Assembly (NCBI RefSeq): GCF_036971445.1
Contig: NC_091473.1
Location: forward strand, 243,660,001-243,724,000
Reading direction: 5' to 3'
Source of the DNA: Narcine bancroftii
Taxonomy: Eukaryota
Length of the DNA stretch: 64,000 bases
Position numbers and translations under genes: made by a program. Below, one piece after another: positions 1-10,461 of this stretch. Below the pieces are notes generated by a model. That model searched no databases and was not told where the DNA came from. It saw only the letters and a program-made list of their open reading frames with translations. Within the stretch, counting starts at the first letter, position 1. Every line of letters begins with the position of its first letter.

Positions 1-730
1 CTTTGTGCATGCAACCTGGACATGTACCAAGGTGAGGCCATTCTTGGTGGAAATGGGCCAAGCCCTGGAAAAAAAAATCATAAGTAAAGAATTCCCACAG
101 GACCCAGAGCTGTTCCTGTTGGGAAACATAATGGACATAAGACTTACGATGAACCTGTCCAAATCTCAAATCCAATTCATAATGATTGCATTGGCAATGG
201 CCAGGAAGTGCATAGCAGTTACGTGCAAGTCTGACTCCCACCTGAGCACAGTGCACTGGAATACAGAAATGCAAAGCTGGGTTTCCCCTGGAGAAAATTA
301 CTTACAACTTAAGGAAAAAGTATAACACTTTCTTGAAAATTTGGCAACCATACCTAAATCCATAGGAGTACAATTATAGTGTGGACCATCATGCCCCGCC
401 GCCCTACCTTCCCTGTTTACCCCTCAAATGGCGCGGGGTGGTTGGGGGTGGGGGGGTTCCATACCATCCCAACCAGGAAAACTCAAGAAAAAAAAAACCG
501 TAACGTGACAAACCCATAAACTCCTGATGTATGTTTCATTCCTTTGCTGTGAAATGTAGAGGGTGTAAAGGGGCGGGGGGTGGGGGGGTGGGGGGGAGAG
601 GAGGGAAGAGGACAGAAAAAACTTGCTCCACAGAAAATATTGTTCAGAATTGATAATTGTAAATTGTAATCAATATTGATAACTTTTTGAGTTTAAGTTT
701 GGAAAATCATAAATAAAATATTGGAAAAAA
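1..730 (+). mobile_element. L1/Tx1-clade LINE, 3' end of ORF2 plus 3' UTR and A-rich tail
   Basis: ORF 5..325 has HATWTC..VRPF..LFLLGNI..LAMARKCIAVT, the C-terminal ORF2 pattern also seen at 14814-15002. It is followed by a G-rich UTR, AATAAA near 711 and an A-run at 725-730. Confidence 0.75.
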
Positions 731-769
731 CAGTGTGGAAGGGTCCAAATCCAAGATTGCCATATTGAT

Positions 770-1410
770 AGGGTAGTTAAGAAGGTTTATAGTATTCTGG
801 CCTTCATTAATCGGTAGATTGAATTCAAGAGCCATAATTAATGTTACTGCTCTATAAAATTATGGTTAGACCACACTTGGAATATTGTGTTTAGTTCTGG
901 TCACATCATTAAAGAAGGATGTGGAAGCCATGGAGAGGGTGCAGAGGAGATTTACCAGGATGTTGCCTGGATTGGAGAATGAGGCAAGGAAAACAGAGTT
1001 TGGGCTTTCCTCTTTGGAATGAAGAAGAATGAGGGGTGACTTAATAGAGGTGTACAAGATTATGGGAGGCATAGATAGGGTGGTCAGCCAGCACCTTTTT
1101 CCTAGGGTGAGAGTAGCAAAAACCTGATGACATCTGAAGAAGTGAAGGGAGGAAACTGAGGGAGACATCAGGAGTAAGCTTTTTTTTAAACACCAAGAAT
1201 AGTGGGTGCATGGAATGCACTGACATGGGTAGTGGTGGAGGCTAGTACAAAAGGAATATTTAAAAGAGTCATAGACAGGCACATGGATTCAAGAAAAATG
1301 GAGGATTGTGGATGTGAGGAAGGGAAGGTTGACTTTGTTTAGTAGGTTTATATAGGTTGGCTCAACATCATGGCCAAAAGGCGAGTAATGTGCTGTGATG
1401 TTCTATGTTC
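770..1410 (+). mobile_element. CR1 LINE 3' fragment (degenerate)
   Basis: Decayed LYK.LVRPHLEYCV.FWS..KKDVEAMERVQRRFTRMLPGL and RRMRGDLIEVYKIM motifs, followed by a CR1-type tail. Confidence 0.8.
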
Positions 1411-2569
1411 TCTCATGAGGAGAAGCAATCTGTTGAACAGGTGGATGGAAAACATTTTCTTGAGTGTGACTACATGGGAAAGGCAGTGCAAAAAGTTTAT
1501 TGTCACATCTTTTAGGATGCAGTGATAGAAGTTGTTTTGCAAGCAAACCAGTTAGACATCTCATGCATAGTACAAAAGAAAAACAGCACCAATGTGCAAA
1601 GCTAAGGAGAGATAAGTTGGCCCAGAGCAAAGGCCGCATGATTTTACTATTTTAAGGTTTGATCAGTAGTCTGATAATGGTGGGAATGAAAATTTTCCTT
1701 GAATCAGGTTGTACGTGGATCTTCTTTCAGACTGGCGGAGAATAAAGGCAGTGTGACCAGGATGGGGTGAGTCTGTTAATGTGTTAGATGCTTTACAAAG
1801 GAGTTATAGACATTGTCAATGGAGTGGACTGGGGGTACATGTGATGGCCTGAGACACACTCATAACCCTCTGCAGTTTCTTGAGGTCTTGGGCAGAGCAT
1901 TTCCTGTAGGGATGCATCCTGACAGGAAGCTTTCAATGGGGCACCTGTAGAGGATTTCAAATTTCTTTGGGCTTTGAGGAAGCCGCTTTCTTGACCATTA
2001 GATTTACGCAGTGCACCAGTAGAAGTCATTGGATATAGTTACACCTTGGAACATAAAGCTCTCCACCTCACCATCATTTGATGTAGACTGGGAAATAAGG
2101 TCCAATATTTTTCCAGAGACCATAGCCAGATTCTTGAACATTGAGGGAGAGATTGCAGTCCTGGTACCAAGCCATTGCATTACTACACCTCCAACACCAT
2201 CAAGTTATATATTTTTTGGATTTGAATTCAACTCAACTGGATCAATGAACTCCATAGGACTGAGAAAGACCAGTCGACCACACTGTTCCTTGTTGGAATA
2301 CATCACATTATGTAAACACATCTTTCTGCTCCTTTTCTCCAATGCTCATCCAACCTCCCCTTAAATACACTTCTGTTCTTCACCACAGCCTCTCTATTGA
2401 GGAGCATTTTTTCCCAATTCTAATCACCCCCTACATTTTCCATCCTGACTAAACTCAAACTTAATTCAAGTCATCCGATTTTACAAGTACAACCGGAAAA
2501 AACAGCACTCTCCGGTCATCAATGCAAAACACATAGACTCATCTAGACTTAACACACATGCAGACAAAA

Positions 2570-3020
2570 TTCAAGATTCAATTTATTGTCATGTAATTAA
2601 AACAGTGCCATATTACATGAAATTGCCTTTTGCCTGCTGTAAGGCAGACAGATTTGCCATTGACAGAAATTGCCTGAAGCGCCCCCTTCAGTCAGAGAAA
2701 GAGAAGCAAAAGAGAGTATCCTCCAGAGTCACTGTGTCTGTGGATTTGCCTTCAGCGCTGCCACACCCCTGTAATCACACAGAGTCTAATCCAAACCATC
2801 AGCAACCCGAGCTCCAGATCCAAACCTCCGATACCATTAGGAACTCTTCAGTGCCCTCAGCACCCTTTCGCATCCCGATTCCGATACCTGGTACCCCTTC
2901 AGCCAGTCTTGAGCCAGTCTCTAGCAGTCCACAGCCTGGTGTGTGTTCCTTTGCGGCCTCCAGCTGCCACAGCCTGCATGGGTCCTTCATCTGCAGAACC
3001 CCTCACTGCAGGACAGGTAT
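2570..3020 (-). mobile_element. Unclassified interspersed repeat (non-autonomous retroposon-like); second copy at about 53070-53555
   Basis: Both copies share aaacag..atattaca..aaattg..ttt..ctg...taagg.agaca..gatttgccatt and later blocks. This copy begins with the reverse complement of an AATAAA/tandem tail (attcaagattcaatttattgtc). Confidence 0.55.
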
Positions 3021-3089
3021 TCATATAAACAAATAAGTAAATAAATATTATTTTGTAAATATGAGAATCTTGGATGGTTAGTGTGAGCA

Positions 3090-3460
3090 GTTCCTTTCTT
3101 CATTAAGCATTTGCACTGCCTGTGGGAAGAAGCTGTACCTCAGCCTGGTGGTGCTTGCTCTGATCCTCCTGTATCAGTTTCCTGATGGGAGCAGCTGAAA
3201 GATGCTGTGTACAGGGTGGAAGATCTCCTCAATAATTCTGGGCACCCTCTTCAGACAAAAATTCTGGTAGATCACATCCATGGAGGGGACGGAGACCCTC
3301 ATGATCTCCTCTGCAACACTTATGGTCTTGTAGATTGACCTCGAATCCATTTCTCTGCAGCAATCTGTGATGCAACTGGCCAGGACGCTCTTGACAGAGC
3401 TCCTGTAGAAGGTTGACATCATGGTGGTTGGTAGTCTTGCCCGCCTCAGTCTGACAAGTG
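3090..3460 (-). mobile_element. Rex/Babar- or L2-like LINE 3' fragment
   Basis: Minus ORF 3174..3422 (STFYRSSVKSVLASCIT..HPVHSIFQLLPSG) matches the typical C-terminus of this group. Confidence 0.7.
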
Positions 3461-5397
3461 AGGAGATGTGTGACCAAGATAGGTCACTTGTTAAGTGGAC
3501 GCAAGGAACCTGATGCTCTCCATTCTCTCTTCAAGCCATTATCTTTCACTCTCCACCCGTGTATTCACAGACACTTGGTCTTTCAACACTTCGGTAATAG
3601 AATTCTCATACTTATTCATTTATCTCTTCACAGATTTTCTGTGGCTCTCTCCCTTCTCCATTCTGATTCCCTTCTCCATTCTGACTCCCTTCTGAGATCT
3701 CTCCAAATTTGACTTCTTGCATCTTTCATACTTTCTCTGCTGCATTATTGACAATTGTCCTTCAATTTCCAAATATCTTAAATACTAAAATTCCCACCTT
3801 AAATACCTTAAGACCTACAAAATCACCATTTTGTTAACTTGAGATTGCTCAGAATTTGATAACGCTCCCATAAAACACCTTGACAAGTTTAACAGAGTTA
3901 ATAGCACTCGACATGGGACAACGAATATATTGCTGGATCAATAATTATTTGCCTGTCAATTTATGAAGCAATTGTTTCAGTTGCTTTAATCAGAGATTTT
4001 TGTGTTTTTACTTCATGATTAGTGAAGTAAGGGGAGGTTGAAATTTGGGCATGGTATTGCTTTGGAGTGTACTTACATTTCTAGGGATGGGATGGAGGGG
4101 GAAGATGATGAGATGATCAGTATTTGGAGGGGATACCTGGGTTAATTACCATCATTGTTTGCTGGCAGCTCAGACCATTGCTGAGACCATACTTCAGAAA
4201 TTCTCAGTAACAGGACAATTTTATTTGCTACAATTTCAAGTATTTGCAATGGGGTAGGAGTCCCAGAAGTGATGTCAAAATGTGACGGGGCAGGGGTGTG
4301 TCTCATTAATGATTCTCGTATTTCTAGGGTGTTGTTACGAGACCAGCGGACCCCAAAACCCAGCAGCAATAGATATTCACCGTCAAATGGTTACTTAAAC
4401 AAAAGTTGCTTTTAATTATCTTTAAACATGAAAATAGAATCACACTTTAACTTATCACTATTGACTTAACTAACCTAACTTAATCACCTTCTAATTCGAA
4501 GCGCATGTGTATGTAATGTGTGTGTAAGTTCAGAAAAGTTATTTGATTCACAGTCCAATCTCACTTCTTATTCCTCCAAGTTCACTGAATGCAGGCAATT
4601 CTTATACTGTACAATGAATTTAACATTTATGAAGTTCACCAGACTTTGGTGCTTGAAACGTAAATGGTTACTGCTCAGGAAGGTTCTTGGTTTTCAGAGA
4701 GATTTGTTGTTCCTTTTTAATCAGCCACTTCAGTATCTTGCTGACGAAACATACCCCTCCTTAGGGACCTCCAGAATAATAACCTCTTTCTTTCAGGTCA
4801 CCACAGAGTTCCTTCTTGTTTCACTTATTCCAAGAGAAACATTAGACAGCCAGTCCTCTCCTCTTGCATGAACCGCAAGGGCTTTGACCAGGCCATCTTC
4901 CAAATGGGGCTTTCCACAAGCTTGACAGCTTGTCCTGTTCCAGTCCCAGCTGTTGCTGCTGACTGTACCAGTGTAGAACGGATCTCTGTGTCTCCCTCCC
5001 TCTCTCTCTCTCTCTCAGAGAAAAAGCCTGTTTGACTCCCTCTGCTTGCAAAACCAATGACCCTCTTAGAACAGCAAGTTCCCCAACACATTGTCTGCAG
5101 CTCTGACAACCTCTTTCATCTGTTGTCTTTTTGTAAACAACAATCCATTAGTGAAGTGTGATAGTACAGATCTATCACCAATGTACATAGTGTATATAGT
5201 TACTGTATCTAGACTGTGCTTACAGCGATTGGCTGAGAGCTAAGCCACACCTATTGTTTGGGCCTTAAAGGGTTGTGTCCCTAGCCAGGTCGGATCATTC
5301 CGGACTGGTCGGCCACCTGTGAAGAGCTCCGGTCTTTTGCTAATAAAAGCCTTGGTTTGGATCAACAAGTCTTTGGTTCTTTCGACGAGCTCTACAA

Positions 5398-5604
5398 TTT
5401 TATTAGCAAAAGACCGGAGCTCTTCACAGGTGGCCGACCAGTCCGGAATGATCCGACCTGGCTAGGGACACAACCCTTTAAGGCCCAAACAATAGGTGTG
5501 GCTTAGCTCTCAGCCAATCGCTGTAAGCACAGTCTAGATACAGTAACTATATACACTATGTACATTGGTGATAGATCTGTACTATCACATTCACCCCTTC
5601 TTGG
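5398..5604 (-). repeat. Inverted copy of the PPT plus the first 192 bp of the LTR
   Basis: Exact reverse complement of 6086-6292; the part 5398-5589 also pairs with 5157-5348. Confidence 0.95.
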
Positions 5605-6023
5605 GAACCACTGTACCGGCATGGCTCACCGTCCCTGGCCCCGTCCTTTTGCGACGCCACGTCCGGCACTCAAAGAACGACCCCTTGGTCGACCGAGTGA
5701 CTCTACTCCACGCGAACCCACATTACGCATACGTGGAGTTCCCAGACGGGCGGGAGGACACTGTTTCGGTGCGGGACCTAGCTCAGGACGCGGTAGACCC
5801 AGCAAACCCCCCAACTCCTTATGCTCCAGGCCCCGTGCCGCAACAGAAGGACCAACAGCACCCCAATGACTCGGGCCACCCTGCCGACAAAACGACTGGG
5901 GAATTGAGTGACGGAGCAGTCGCACCCGATGAGCCCGCTGGTGACACCACTCCAGCGACCCCAATCCCGGCACCACAGCGGTCACGCCGGATGGTCAGAC
6001 CCCCTGACCGCTACAGTCCTTGA
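5605..6023 (+). pseudogene. Gypsy pol integrase C-terminal remnant
   Basis: PAWLTVPGPVLLRRHVR.SKNDPLVD.V.LLHANP.YAYVEFPDGREDTVSVRDLA..RSRRMVRPPDRY, a typical integrase tail. Open to its stop codon but 5'-truncated. Confidence 0.8.
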
Positions 6024-6534
6024 CCTACCCCTTCCTTTTCATTCTCTCCCTCGTTTTTGTTTTTTTTTTCTCCCGGGTCAATTCTCCAAGAAGGGGTGAA
6101 TGTGATAGTACAGATCTATCACCAATGTACATAGTGTATATAGTTACTGTATCTAGACTGTGCTTACAGCGATTGGCTGAGAGCTAAGCCACACCTATTG
6201 TTTGGGCCTTAAAGGGTTGTGTCCCTAGCCAGGTCGGATCATTCCGGACTGGTCGGCCACCTGTGAAGAGCTCCGGTCTTTTGCTAATAAAAGCCTTGGT
6301 TTGGATCAACAAGTCTTTGGTTCTTTCGACGAGCTCTACATGAAGTATCTTGAGCACTCTCCAAATGTCTAGCATTAGCTGAGCTCCAGTATTTCAAATA
6401 AGATCTGTTTTAAAATGTTTGTATGTGACCTACACGAACAAACCTTTCCCAATTTATCTCCCAAAAACATATTTCTATACTCTGTCACAGTGTTGAGTTG
6501 GAGATTACATAGCAGAACTGTGAGGTATTTTGTG

Positions 6535-6990
6535 GGATGGCATGGTTAGTGGAACAATGATCAGGACGGGGATTTGCATCCCACGCTGTCTGTAAGGAGT
6601 TTGTATGTTCTGCCCGTGTCTGTGTGGGCTTTTCCTGGGGTCTCTGGTTTCCTCTCACCATTTGAAATGTAATGGAGTCCCAGAAGTGAATCCCAGAAGG
6701 TTAATTTGGTGTAAATTGGGTGGCATGGACTTGTGGGCTGAAATGGCCTACTATCGTGATGTATGTCTAAAATTTAAGGGTGGCACAGTTAGTGCAATGA
6801 CTTTACAGCACCAGTAATCAGAACGAGGGTTCAAATCCCATGCTTTCTGTAAAGAGTTTGTATGTTGTCCTCTTGTCTGTGTGGGTTTTCCCCAGGGGTT
6901 CCGTTTTCCTCTCACTGTTTGAAATTAACGTAGTTTAATTGGGTGACACAGACTCATGGGCTGAAATCGCCTGTTACCATGCTGTAAGCA
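6535..6990 (+). mobile_element. Two tandem tRNA-derived SINEs (HE1/V-SINE-like)
   Basis: Core gtctgtaaggagtttgtatgttct..gtgtctgtgtggg.ttt occurs twice, with A/B-box-like heads. Further copies lie at about 11705, 22330, 23645(-), 32975, 43070, 47385, 49980(-) and 63840. Confidence 0.75.
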
Positions 6991-7009
6991 TATATATTAA
7001 AAAAATTTT

Positions 7010-7745
7010 TTCGGGGATCTTGCCAGGATGTGAAGAACTGAGTTACAGTGAAAGGTTAAGCAGGTTAGGACTTTATTCTCACATATTATTCCGTGGCATC
7101 AGAAGAATGAGTTTGATCGAGGCATACAGAATTATGAAGGATATCAACAGAGTAAATGCAAGGAGGCTTCTTCCACTGATGTTAGATGAGGTAAAAAACT
7201 AGAGGACGTGAACTAAGGATGAACGAGGAATAGTTTAAAAGGAACATTAGAGGTAAGTTCTTCATGCAGAGAGTGTGAAATGAGCTACCAGCTGTATTGG
7301 TAAATACAGGCTCAATATTATGAGCAAAATACGAAAGCAGACACTGTGATTGACGTAAAAACATGACGCTGGGGTAACTCAGCAGGTCCAATGGCGTTCT
7401 TCATGTAGCAAAGATAACTATACATAACCAAAGATGACCATGAGCAAAATGGTGGGGGAGGGGCAGGAGAAGGAGCACAGGAGTAAATAGAGAGGGAGGG
7501 CACCAGCAAACGGGGAAAGGGGGTGGCGAGCCAGAGGGAATGAGACAAGGGAGATGGGGAGCAGAAACCAGAGAAGTCAATGCTAATGCCATCTAGTTGG
7601 AGAGTGGCCGGACTCTCCAACATGAGAGTCCGCAGACACCAGGAGTGAAATAAAATAGTTGACATCAGAGAAAAAAATTGGACAGGTACATGACTGGAAA
7701 GGGTACGAAATGAAATAGGCTGGGTGGGTGCGTAGAGGTCAGTGG
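7010..7745 (+). mobile_element. CR1 3' fragment split by a Penelope-like remnant (about 7320-7650)
   Basis: LPGCEELSYSERLSRLGLYS..RRM.LIEAYRIMK motif. The CR1 tail resumes near 7670 and again after the minisatellite, at 9257-9300. Confidence 0.65.
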
Positions 7746-9257
7746 GACAGCAGAGAATTGGGCCAGCAGAGAATGAGTTTGGGACCGCAGAGAATGAGTT
7801 TGGGACCGCAGAGAATGAGTTTGGGATAGCAGAGAATTGGGACCGCAGAGAATGAGTTTGGGACCGCAGAGAATGAGTTTAGGACCGCAGAGAATGAGTT
7901 TGGGACCGCAGAGAATGAGTTTGGGAACGCAGAGAATGAGTTTAGGATAGCAGAGAATGAGTTTGGGACCGCAGAGAATGAGTTTAGGACAGCAGAGAAT
8001 GAGTTTGGGACCGCAGAGAATGAGTTTAGGACCGCAGAGAATGAGTTTGGGACCGCAGAGAATGAGTTTAGGACCGCAGAGAATGAGTTTAGGATAGCAG
8101 AGAATGAGTTTGGGACCGCAGAGAATGAGTTTAGGATAGCAGAGAATGAGTTTGGGATAGCAGAGAATTGGGACCGCAGAGAATGAGTTTGGGACCGCAG
8201 AGAATGAGTTTAGGATAGCAGAGAATGAGTTTGGGACCGCAGAGAATGAGTTTAGGACCGCAGAGAATGAGTTTGGGACCGCAGAGAATGAGTTTAGGAC
8301 CGCAGAGAATGAGTTTAGGATAGCAGAGAATGAGTTTGGGACCGCAGAGAATGAGTTTAGGACCGCAGAGAATGAGTTTAGGATAGCAGAGAATGAGTTT
8401 GGGATAGCAGAGAATTGGGACCGCAGAGAATGAGTTTGGGACCGCAGAGAATGAGTTTAGGATAGCAGAGAATGAGTTTGGGACCGCAGAGAATGAGTTT
8501 AGGATAGCAGAGAATGAGTTTGGGATAGCAGAGAATTGGGACCGCAGAGAATGAATTTGGGACCGCAGAGAATGAGTTTAGGATAGCAGAGAATGAGTTT
8601 GGGACCGCAGAGAATGAGTTTAGGACAGCAGAGAATGAGTTTGGGACCGCAGAGAATGAGTTTAGGACCGCAGAGAATGAGTTTGGGACCGCAGAGAATG
8701 AGTTTGGGACCGCAGAGAATGAGTTTAGGACCGCAGAGAATGAGTTTAGGATAGCAGAGAATGAGTTTGGGACCGCAGAGAATGAGTTTAGGATAGCAGA
8801 GAATGAGTTTGGGATAGCAGAGAATTGGGACCGCAGAGAATGAGTTTGGGACCGCAGAGAATGAGTTTAGGATAGCAGAGAATGAGTTTGGGACCGCAGA
8901 GAATGAGTTTAGGACCGCAGAGAATGAGTTTGGGACCGCAGAGAATGAGTTTAGGACCGCAGAGAATGAGTTTAGGACCGCAGAGAATGAGTTTAGGATA
9001 GCAGAGAATGAGTTTGGGACCGCAGAGAATGAGTTTAGGACCGCAGAGAATGAGTTTAGGATAGCAAAGAATGAGTTTGGGATAGCAGAGAATTGGGACC
9101 GCAGAGAATGAGTTTGGGACCGCAGAGAATGAGTTTAGGACCGCAGAGAATGAGTTTAGGATAGCAGAGAATTGGGACAGCAGAGAATTGGGACAGCAGA
9201 GAATTGGGACAGCAGAGAATTGGGACAGCAGAGAATTGGGACAGCAGAGAATGAGTT
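7745..9257 (+). repeat. Minisatellite of 21-bp units GCAGAGAATGAGTTT(G/A)GGA(CC/TA) interspersed with 16-bp units GCAGAGAATTGGGAC(C/A)
   Basis: Directly visible tandem array of about 70 units over 1.5 kb. Confidence 0.97.
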
Positions 9258-9329
9258 CGGCACAGACTAGAAGGGCCTGTTTCTGTGCTGCAGTGTTCTC
9301 TCATTCCAATATTGAAAGAATCCCCTCCT

Positions 9330-9576
9330 TTTCACACGCCCGCTTCTGCCTGGTATTTGAACGCGTGAGCGGCGATCAGGTCCCGCCCGGAGGCAGGAGC
9401 AGCCACGAGTCACATGCGTCTCTGGCTTTGGGCTCGTCGGATGGTACAGCTGAGTGCTCTCATGTTTCGCTGAAGCCCTTCCTCCCCGCCTCCCCCCCCC
9501 CCCCCCCCCCCCCCCCAACCCCTCCTCGCCGTCCGTCCGGGAGCACCGATCAAGTTGATGACCGAGGAGTGTCGGA
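9330..9576 (+). promoter_or_regulatory. CpG-rich putative promoter / 5' UTR of SYPL2
   Basis: Local CpG enrichment, GC box CCCGCCC at about 9382-9388, E-box CAGCTG at about 9447 and a poly-C tract at 9492-9516, all upstream of ATG 9577. Confidence 0.5.
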
Positions 9577-9597
9577 ATGGAAGCGGTCCCGGCTCAG
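9577..9597 (+). CDS. SYPL2: Synaptophysin-like protein 2, coding exon 1 (MEAVPAQ)
   Basis: ggaATGg context. Phase-0 donor CAG|GTCTGG (weak) joins in frame to exon 2. Confidence 0.6.
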
Positions 9598-9722
9598 GTC
9601 TGGAGATGTCCCCAGCAAGTTTGAAAAGTCTCCTTTCCTTCAATCCCCAAACTTTTGTCTGCACGTTTTAAAAAGTTTACGCCTCTCTCTCTTTTTCTTC
9701 CCCTTCTTCCCTGTAATTTCAG

Positions 9723-9794
9723 AAGCTCCCTGAATTTAAACTCGACCTTCGTCCTCTCAAAGAGCCGCTCGGATTCATCAAAGTCCTGGAATGG
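9723..9794 (+). CDS. SYPL2: SYPL2 coding exon 2 (KLPEFKLDLRPLKEPLGFIKVLEW)
   Basis: Polypyrimidine tract plus tttcag acceptor and TGG|gtgggt donor. Contains the physin-family motif LKEPLGFIKVLEW. Confidence 0.92.
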
Positions 9795-9928
9795 GTGGGT
9801 GTTGCAGGAGTTTCATTCTCCCCGCTGGTGCCGGTGGATTTTTTTTCCTGAAAGGAGTGTTATTCGGTGCCGCTCTGAAGCCGGCTCGAGTCGAAAGGCT
9901 GACGGGAGAGGCGTTTATGCTTGAACTT

Positions 9929-10252
9929 GGGGGCGGAGGGGGGGGGGGAGGGGGGGGGAGGGGGGAGGGGGGGGGAGGGGGGGGGAGGGGGGGGGAGGGG
10001 GGGGGAGGGGGGGGGGAGGGGGGGGGGGAGAGGGAGAGAGGGAGGGGGAGGGGGAGGGGGGAGGGAGGGGGGGAGGGGGGGGAGGGGGGGAGGGGGGGGG
10101 GAGGGGGGGAGGGGGGGGGGAGGTGGGGGGGAGGGGGGGAGGGGGGGGGGAGGGGGGGGGGGAGGGGGGGGGGAGGGGGGGGGGGAGGTGGGGGGGAGGG
10201 GGGGAGGGGGGGGGGAGGGGGGGGGGGAGGGGGGGGGGAGGGGGGGGGGGAG
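9929..10252 (+). repeat. (GnA) polypurine tract running into an assembly gap
   Basis: About 320 nt of G-runs, mostly separated by single A residues. Confidence 0.9.
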
Positions 10253-10461
10253 NNNNNNNNNNNNNNNNNNNNNNNNNNNNNNNNNNNNNNNNNNNNNNNN
10301 NNNNNNNNNNNNNNNNNNNNNNNNNNNNNNNNNNNNNNNNNNNNNNNNNNNNNNNNNNNNNNNNNNNNNNNNNNNNNNNNNNNNNNNNNNNNNNNNNNNN
10401 NNNNNNNNNNNNNNNNNNNNNNNNNNNNNNNNNNNNNNNNNNNNNNNNNNNNNNNNNNNNN
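10253..10461. other. Assembly gap (N run)
   Basis: 209 N characters. Confidence 1.

Larger units (their letters stand above)
5157..6340 (+). mobile_element. Young non-autonomous Gypsy-type LTR element with internal inverted LTR
   Basis: Two 240-bp TG..CA LTRs (5157-5396, 6101-6340), identical by eye. 5-bp TSD TGAAG (5152-5156, 6341-6345). PPT aagaaggggtgaa at 6088-6100. Integrase C-terminal remnant in between. Confidence 0.92.
4333..6489. mobile_element. Solo LTR (about 968 bp of own sequence) interrupted by a nested LTR element
   Basis: TGTTACG...TGTCACA termini, with the 4-bp target duplication GTGT at 4329-4332 and 6490-6493. Confidence 0.75.

Noticed and set aside
3651-3693. 18-bp tandem duplication (cccttctccattctgatt/ct)
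   Set aside because: An ordinary short slippage duplication with no sign of function.
6535-6860. tRNA genes suggested by A/B-box-like motifs (gggttcaaatccc)
   Set aside because: These are SINE heads followed by the SINE core; no complete cloverleaf can be drawn.
7745-9257. CRISPR-like repeat array
   Set aside because: Units are contiguous with no unique spacers, there are no cas genes, and the context is vertebrate.
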